Source: Raillietiella orientalis (taxonomy: Eukaryota). From it: a DNA stretch of 64,000 nt. The notes under the pieces were generated by a model that was not told where the DNA came from, ran no database searches, and saw only the letters and a program-made list of their open reading frames with translations. Each line of letters starts with the position of its first letter. Position 1 is the first letter of the stretch. Location: positions 868,001 through 932,000 of the forward strand of contig JAYWIR010000007.1 in assembly GCA_036172245.1 (NCBI GenBank). The letters are read 5' to 3'. Position numbers and translations under genes: made by a program. Below are positions 51,479 to 64,000 of this stretch, in pieces.

Positions 51479-54094
51479 GTCCAGGACGGAGCTGGATCTT
51501 CGTGGTATGTTTTTCTCTTTGGATTCTACGCACGTGAATTTGTGCGCCCAAGAGAATCGATTTAATTTTTAATCTTTTGAGCAAAATGAATGGTTTACAG
51601 CCAGAAATAGTGTTAACTGACGGAACAAAAAATCTCGAGAACTTTCGGTTTGTTATGGAAAATTTGCAAGTAAGGGGAACAGTCCGTTTTCCAAGTCTTC
51701 TACTTTTGAAGGTTACACTGATGTGATTGTGGTGTTCTAAGCCTCTTATAGGCGCCTTGTTTCATAAATGTTTATGCTCACGGAAAATTAAATAGCAAAC
51801 GCGTCGAAGGCCGCTAATGAGGAAAATTAGAAATTGGCACGCTTGACTTTCTACAAATTGAAAATCTTTACGAATTGAGTAAATTCTGCATGTCCGAGTA
51901 AGGCTTGCGTAGAAAATCAAGTTATCAGGAGAAAGCTTGCAATTGAAGGCAGTCCACACCATTAAAGCGTGCAGATTAGTGGCCTTCATCGATGCATACG
52001 TGCATTATCAGATGTGAATACCTTCATCAATTTTTAAACATTTAATGCTTAGCGTTAAAATTCTTTTCCCTTCCTGTTTGCCACTTTGCTATAACACTTA
52101 ATGTGACATGTATGGTATGGCATTGTTAGATGCCAAAAGATTCTTCGGATCAGTTTTTCATAAACTGAATGTGTGTCTAGATCTGTGTATGTCATCGTAC
52201 ATCAGTTCAGGAAGTTAATTCTGTGACAGATTGTTTATTCTCAAAATGACAAAGGTAACTTTGAGAAAAAGCACTATTTAAAAAAATTGAGTGGCCAAGA
52301 AGCATAAAAACAATTGATAGACAGCAATAAACATGAGTTGTTTACACAAAGCCGCAAACTAATGATGTTGGATACCAATAAGGACTGATAATTTGTACTT
52401 TTTATTTTTTGCAGGTAAACAAAAAGAGCATCAGTCTGATTTGAAAGCATTACTTCCATTAATGCCAGCAGAAAAGAGGAAAAATCTAAATGCGGAAAGA
52501 ATTCTTTGAAAATAAAACTGATGTGAAGGAAACTACTACCAATGTAAAGAGTAGCAATTCCCAGAGAACACTGCATTATTGTGTCAAAAAGAAATCAAAT
52601 TGTGAACAGCAAAAAATCAAAATACACAAGAATTCCATGAACAAAAGATCTAATGGTGCATCTAATAGGGACAAAAAAATGAAAGTCAAAAGTGAGTAAT
52701 GTGTGCATGTGGATCTTTATTATGTTGAGATAAGTAGGAGATTGCCTTGATGATCAGTCTCAGCATGACAGTATCTCCAGATTATCTCCAGGATTGCAAA
52801 ACCATGAGTTTCAAGCATGTAATGTGACAGTTGCTATCAATGAATGTGAAAATATGCCAGAGTTGAAAGCCAGAAATCAAAGGCAACAGCTGAAGCAAAC
52901 AGCACATGGGAATACATGTCCTGCCTTGTCCAAAAGTCGTCAAAAAAAGAGATTAAAAAAAGAGCTTGTGAATGTTCTAGAGGAACCACAGATATGGTTT
53001 AATGGGAGCAATTTACATTCAATAGTGGGATATGCATGTTAATCAATTTGTCAGTTTTCACTTGTGCTTGCAGAATTTGTATTTTACTTTAGAAATTACT
53101 ATAAGAATTTTTGTAAGCAGATGGACTGCATGAATAATAAAATGAACAGTTTACATATACATTTAGTAGGCTACCTGCAGATGCAATTATTTAAAGATTT
53201 TCTGTTTTCAACTTGCATCTTGTACAAGGAATCCTGAAAGACAACTTTTTGTGCACTCTGCCATTAAGTTGGTACTTTTCTCAAACTTATATTTAAGAGT
53301 ATGCTCTTTACAGTGTTTGCTAGTATGCACACAAGTAAATCCACTTATAGTTTAAAATATTTGGGGGAAGAAGAAATAGATAGATGTCAAAATGTGGAAA
53401 TCTATTGAAAGCATTCCAGATCATTTGAAAAAACAAGTTTGTAAAAACCTGTCATATTTTTATGATGAACTTCAAGGGTGAAGCGATTCTGGTTATAGTC
53501 TGCATGTTTCCAAAAGAAAACCAACAAGAAATTTGGTTCCAAAAGCAATTTTGGTAAGGAGTACGTCAGCATTAATGTTTAGGCAAGCTATGTGTGAAAT
53601 TTTCTGGATGTTTTCCAACATGGAGCATTTAGAGCTTAACAATAAATTACAATGAAGTGAAAATGGGAATATAGTCTTTCAATTTATACTCTGATGAATG
53701 ACAACCAGCTTTCAGAAACAAAATTTAATCATTTATAACCTTGCCAATAAAAAGTCAAAAATAAAAGTAACAATTAAAACTTGCTAGAGAATAGTGTTCT
53801 CTTTCATATAACTGTCTACCTGCCCACTGCTCACAGCAAAAAAATATTTATCTAACCAAAAACAGGTTTGTGATCCTTTGTTACCCTTTTGTTCCCCTGA
53901 CCTGATTCCAAAGACTCTTCACATTTCCCAAGTTTAAGGATAAGTTGAAAACTCGCCGATTTGAAATGATGATGTTCGGAAGAATGTGACAAAAGGAATA
54001 AATCAATGAAAAAGTTTTGCATGTTTCTTAAGCTTATGAACAGTATGGTAAGTCTTTGGTTCATTGTTGATTTTTATGTAAGAAATGGTATTTC

Positions 54095-56282
54095 TTACAT
54101 CAAGAATTTATATATGAAATGCAGGTGTGCATCTTCCATTGTTCTGAACTATAATAAAAAGAAACAGAAAACTGTATACATGCATATATTCATCTTAAAC
54201 AATTTCAAATAAGAATTTCAGTTTAGATATATATCTCCTAATTCTGGAGATAGGAAGGAAACCACAAAAATACAGTTAAAACACATGCCTTCTGGATCAC
54301 ACAAAAAAGCACTGCTTGATCCAAAATTTCCTAGTTTTAAATTTGCCTTGAATCCTTATTTCCAATAAGCAATTTTTCATGCCTGTTCAACAGAATTTTT
54401 GTAATAGTACTCAATTAGAATGGTTCAAAATTGGATGCCTTATTCAAGATATCTTGGCTATAGGATCTAATGGCTATAAAATCATCAATAAAACAATAAT
54501 CACTCCATTAAATATACCTCATTGTTCAGAATTGACAGATTATGATGTGGTTCAATCAGATGCATGCATAATAATGAAGACAATTTAAACAAAGATCTTG
54601 CTGACTTCTTATGCCTTGTGAATACCTCCAAAACCCCTAAATTATTATATGCTTCTGCATGGTTGCTATCACATCCAATTGCAAGTCTAAAACACCACTT
54701 GGCTGTATCCCAGTCACCAAGACTCTACATACCAAAATGAATGAGAAATGGTTTCATCATGCACTTACAGTTGCAATATGCCCAATGTTATACCAAACAT
54801 CAGCACAATTTGATTCTGTAGCCAAGTCGATTGCTTGTTGCATATAAAACCAAAACAAATGATATTGACGAGCGTAAAAAAGACACAACCCTAGATTATT
54901 AAACACTTCTGCAGTTTGGATACCCATTTGCATTAGTCTTCTAACAATATTTTTGCTTTGTGTTGATAGGAATTTACAAACCTACTTACTTGAAAAAATT
55001 GAAGGCTATTTCAGGTCGATTTTCATTGAAATGGAATTTTCCAAGATAGAAAATTGCTTCAGGATGCATTGCATCATAGTGTAAAATAGTTTTGTAAGCA
55101 GCTAAACTCAACTCAGTGTGATTAAGCTTTTCATGCAATCTTTCAAAAAACAAGACTTCTTCATCAAATAGTTACATTTACTTGATCACCTGGATATTGA
55201 ATAATGAAGACCTACATCTTCTGGAAAGTTACTTAAGCCTTTATGATAGGTGTTTAATGCAGCATATGGTTGTTTTAAAAGTACATATGTGTTCCCAAGA
55301 TAAACAAATACTTGAGGCATTTTCTGAAGCTGCAATGATGCTTTTAATTGTTTTTGTGAATCTCTTAGTAAACCAAACCGATAGTAACATTTTGCAAGTT
55401 GCATTTTCCACCACCAGTTTTGTGAATTCGCAATGAAATCTGCTTGTACAGCCAATTCAAGTGCCTTTTTATGCAAAATTAATTTGGATCATACAGTAAC
55501 TTATACTTAACTTTACTAATATCTTTCTTATAATAATAATAGTAATGGAAGAATACTTTAATGACTCCAAGTGTAAACTCAGGTTTTTGTACACCTATAT
55601 TTCCTTTTTTTTCATGATATACAGTTTTAAATTCCTCTGGAATCGAGGAATCATCCAAACACCAACTTTTGTTGGATAATGAAAGTTTTCTATTCATCAA
55701 TAAGTATAGTCACTTCAAAAATATCGAAGCAGAAAAAAAAAAAAAATGAAAGGTCTATAATGCTGGCATTTGGGTGAAGAAAGCATGCATATCTCTAAGT
55801 TTATAATACCCTTTCTGGTTCTACAGTGCACTATTATTGATTCGATCGTGAAAAGGTAAACTGGGAGGTGCAAAAGTGCTTTCCAAATAAAATTTTCACC
55901 TCTCTGATTGTAAAATGGAATCACTGGCTGTAGTTTCATCAATCAGGCATGCACTATGTCTTGCTGTGTTTGACATGCCCTCATACATGTTACTTCTGGC
56001 TAATACTTCATCTATGGTCAGATCCTCAACATATGCTAATTCAGAACGGGCCTTTATTTTTAAAATTGCTGTTCCCTGATACAAACAGATTGCTGATCAC
56101 TTACACACAAAAAAAAATGTATTCTAATTTAACAGATATGAAACGAAAATCTATTTCAACTACAATTCAACAATTAGAATATTTACTAATGAAAATTCTG
56201 TTTCTTGCTTCTCAAGCAAAGCGATCGATGCTCCATGCTGGTGCCTTCTGAATAGCATTAAACTGAAGCAGCAAGGATCCAT
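54095..56282 (-). CDS. TTC8: Tetratricopeptide repeat protein 8 (BBSome subunit BBS8), divergent, multi-exon; 3' end approximate
   Basis: MDPCCFSLMLFRRH start; ALELA...NWWWKMQLAKCYYRFGLLR; RPEIAFNFF|RLMQMGIQTAEVFNNLGLCLFYARQY; ADVWYNIGHIA; NHAEAYNNLGVLE. Confidence 0.88.
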
Positions 56283-59200
56283 CACAATAGTGATAACACA
56301 GTCTTACTTCTACTACTGCTTGTATTGTATGCTTCTGGTATTAGAACACTCTACTGGGTATGTACATACAGCGACTAGGCGCTTGTTTATCGCAAATCAA
56401 AGTTCCCTTAAAACCAGTTACGATAGTTACCTTCTTTGTTCGGTGGGATTGCCTGCCAACTTGAAAACAAACTCAAAATGTAGCGTAATGATTCCAAGTC
56501 GAAATACTCAAGAGTATACAAGCCTCAACCCAATCAAGCAAATATTTATTCTCAACTTCAAGTTGCAATACTCTTCCAAGATAATTTAAAAAACTTCAAT
56601 GCCGGCATCAAATATCAGCATTTCTGACTTTGCCATATAAACAAACAATGTTGCCATTCTCTTTGCGCTGTCACCAATGCAGCACACATTCAAACACAAA
56701 TTGTGGACTAGTTTTGCGACGACTGTTGGAAAAAAGCCTTAACTTTGGAACCTGTTACTGAATTGCAAATATATTGGCATGCTCTTGATGAAATACAAGG
56801 AACACGAAAGGTACGATGCAGGCAAAAGTTGGATCAAAAAGCATCATCCTCCAAAGCAAATAGTTTTCAATAGCAAGATCCTCTACAATCAGCAATGTCC
56901 TTTTTTTTCTTGAGAAACTCTCATAAAAATAAACTGAAACCAAATGTGGAATCAAGGCAATTAAGGAAACAGAAAAATATGAATTTTTAAGCAAACTAAA
57001 CGAAAGCACGGGATTTTTTTACCCTTTGCTGACAACATTATGCGATAAAAGGATTATACCTCTGAGGATATCATCACTAGGTTTAAACATACCGTTGAAC
57101 AAATTAAATTATTTGATAGATCATCAAGTGACTAATATTTTACATCAGGGAAATGAGAACAGACAAAAGTTCTTACGAACGTTTGGTAATTGTGCTTCAC
57201 CGACGCCTATGCTTCAGTTATGTTTGTTGATAAACCCTGAAAATATTTTGCAGCATACATATTGTTATTTCTTATCAGAAAATTCCCCACACTGCGAATT
57301 TAAATGATTTCGCTTGTGGTAGTTTATTTTTGAATCCAGACCACATTCAACTGGCATCCTAATAACCAGAGGAATAGGTAAAGGTTTTGCAAAAACTTTT
57401 ATTTGCTCTTGGCAATGCATTTTTCCAAGCTGAATAAGGTGTACCAAATGGTGGTCTTTCATATACTTTTTTTGTTTCACGAGTTGTACACAAATTTTGT
57501 TCTTATAGAACAAATCAAGCATTGAAATACAGCACTGATTAAAAGCTACGTGCTCGGATTAAGGAAAGCAGAGATTTATCAATCAGTTTGTCAACCTGAA
57601 ATCAGATGCTGTGCATGCTGGAGATTCATAGAATGAGATTTTCAAAAACCTTGAATTAAAATTCAGAGGAAGAAGCGATTTCGTTGGTTTTGGTGACCAA
57701 AAATATTCCGATTCACTTGATAGCTTTTAGTACAGACGATCCCCTCCCCCCATAACTGATACAAATATTTTTAACATCTAATTTCCATGAAGATGCAGCT
57801 GATCTAGAGAAATAGTAAACACTTCAAGTAGTGCAACAGAAACATCAAGTCACATCATTGTCGATAGCATCTAAAACTATTTATGCGCAAATGGATAAGA
57901 AAATATTTCTTGAAAGATTTCTCTAGCTGAAAAGTTTTAGAACGTAATTAACGCATCTAGAATATTGGAACAGAATGGAGTTAAAAAGAAATCAAGTCTT
58001 ACTTTTGAAAAAGAGAAACAAACCTTGTAGAAAACATTAAGCAAAACTTTTATATAAGATTTTCAGAACTGTTTTGGAAATTGTTTTGAATTCATAATAT
58101 GGTACCTTTTGTTTGGTTGCGAATCGTTTCCCAGTATCTCTGAAAACAAAGTAAAAAGAAAAAAAAGGAAAGAAAAAAAATGTATTCTTATTTTTTATTT
58201 CGTGTTATCCTCTGAAAGCAGCTTTAAGAATTAAGGCATATCCTTGCAGTCGAGTGCGAAGGCCTCTTTCGACAGAACATAATATTTGACTTCACATCCT
58301 CGGGAAAGAAGCTTCCTTTGCACCAGATACAGCGATTCCCTCCTATTTGAGCAATTTCGTTTGTTGAAATAAAAGGTGTTTCAATGAGTGCATTCTCCTC
58401 GATAGGTGGCGACTCAAATAAAAGTTGGTGTTTTCTTACCTTTCTACTTTCGTAACACACCATGGATGTGGAAGGACCTATGTGAATGTCTAATCCTGGT
58501 TTCTACACGATTCCTATTGCTTAGGATGCCGGTATGTCACAGTGCAATGCTTGCAGTCTTCAATGGAAACAGACTTACAAGTAGAGTTGAATTCGGTATC
58601 CTATCAAATGCTCCGACGAAGCAGTCTCTTCGTACACTCCCTTTTCTAAACCTAAGGCACTATGGATCGCTTTTTGGTACACCACTTGGGAATTCGGTCA
58701 TTGGTTTATCTCAGGAACCTCCGTCTTATTATAAGTTTTCTGTGAACATTTTCTACTCTCGATAGTAAGCCTCTGAGAGATGACCTGGAGTGTCACTGAC
58801 TGATGAGGCTGTCCGCTGGGAATTCATGTTTAACCTTAACCTCTTTTGGGGGAGAGAGTACTCTGCAGAAGATGCAGACTGGTCCCCCTCCTCCAAAACA
58901 AAAGCCTGTGATTTGGAAAATGCAACACATTTTCTGTGAAATATTTCTCCATGCTCTTCACGTTGAAAAATTTCCAACAGTAAATTCTTATCAAGGTACG
59001 CCCTTAAATGAACTCAAAAGGAGTGCTCTTTATAGTTGCAATAATTAGATATGGACTCTGATACAGGCTTGAAATTCGTAGAGGTGATACTGCTCACAAC
59101 GGGAACTACAATCGAAATGTATTGATAAAACGAAATATAAGGCACTCTTTCACCAGCAACAAAAGTGACGGCGATTTTATAATTTAATCTATGAGCTACT

Positions 59201-59973
59201 GAATCATGAAGACGGATTGAGCAAAGCTGAATTCATCTTATCTGACCTTCATATCACTTTTTTGGCCACCCGATTTAATATCCATCGGTAGAGCAGGTTT
59301 TCAGAAAATAATTTGCAACGCCAAATTGATTTGCAGGTGCTTTCCCAAGGATAAATATCTTTTCCGCTTACGCTGCCTTGTTTTTTTTTTTTTTTCCTTT
59401 TTTCAGATCAAATGAAGATAAAACAATCTTGAGAGGCTTGTGTTTTATTATTTCCTTAACACTTAACTCAAAAAATCTGAGAACTTGCAAATTCTTCATG
59501 CACTCAACTTCACATGAGAAACTGCCCATGCTCTAAGTGACTCTACGTGTTCGTCTAATCAAACGCTTAACGGCTTACGATTTATTTAACTGGACCTTGT
59601 GTACATGTCTTTCATTACTGGTATCACAGAACATTTGCGTCAAAAAATCTGGATCTTGAAACAAGTTCAATTTTGGATGTGCAATTACATACATCACTTT
59701 CATGTCGTGAACTACTTGGTTGCACGAAATAATCTACACTTTGTATTCATAAATCAATAAAAGAAACCACATGTTAACTTGGATTGCTACAAAGTATTCT
59801 TATTCTGTAACATATTTTGTCCATTTTAGAACATTCTTGGCCTTTGACTTCAGTTATGATGATATTTTCCTTTTAAAAGTGTCTTGATTTCAGTGGGCAA
59901 AATTCTTTGTCACATGCCTTCAATCAGCTATTCCATATACAAAAGTGATACTTATTTCCTTTCCTTAAAACAA

Positions 59974-63669
<3,696 letters not shown>

Positions 63670-64000
63670 TTAAAAAGAGTCCAAAGCTGCATGCTTATCA
63701 AAACTCTTGAAGCAAACGTCTATTTGCTATTTTTCTATTTCCATATACTTTATTATGCTTTATTACGTAAATGAAAAAGCAGATAAGCTTTGAACACAAA
63801 ACAAAATGCTTCTAGCTGTAAAGAATATTATACATTTATCGAATAATTCATACTATAGTTTAATTTAACTTTTCTTGATTATACGTCTCTTGAGTTTACA
63901 GTAGATACCTAACCCTGCATGCAATACATCCAAAACTACAAATGGAAAAGACTAAGACACAATAAAGTTAAAATAGCCAATTGTAACTTTACATAGATAG

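Noticed and set aside
52245..53042. Possible spliced gene with a bHLH-like LKALLP...IL stretch
   Set aside because: Stops follow immediately and no consistent exon chain could be built.
56750..59100. Possible further RT relics (VGAFDRI, LGLNIP)
   Set aside because: Motifs too degenerate to call as features.

Overview
Eukaryotic nuclear DNA from an animal, probably an arthropod (arthropod-type H2B N-tail; the lineage cannot be fixed from this window). GC/CpG-rich nests of decayed non-LTR retrotransposons (about 1-22 kb, 25-30 kb, 43-51.5 kb) alternate with AT-rich gene islands. Supported host genes: an intronless SLC35G/EamA-type transporter, MRM2 (FTSJ2), UBE2O, a solitary replication-dependent histone H2B, a divergent TTC8/BBS8, and the 3' part of DHX8/PRP22. 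Many introns are only 41-60 nt. The most distinctive signal is an L1/Tx1-like LINE family present as about 13 diverged 3' ends. They lack a poly(A) tail and end in AAT(A/G)AA, a CCCGG/CCGGG hairpin and TG+3-5 nt, downstream of a covarying multi-helix 3' UTR. Copies are nested inside one another with recognisable target-site duplications. Also present: two Utopia/NeSL-like RLE retrotransposon relics, a putative tRNA-headed SINE family, a 134-bp minisatellite arising within a LINE ORF, and an unidentified decayed coding block at 5.2-7.9 kb. No CRISPR array or prokaryotic system is supported. All assignments come from motif recognition by eye, and TE boundaries are approximate.
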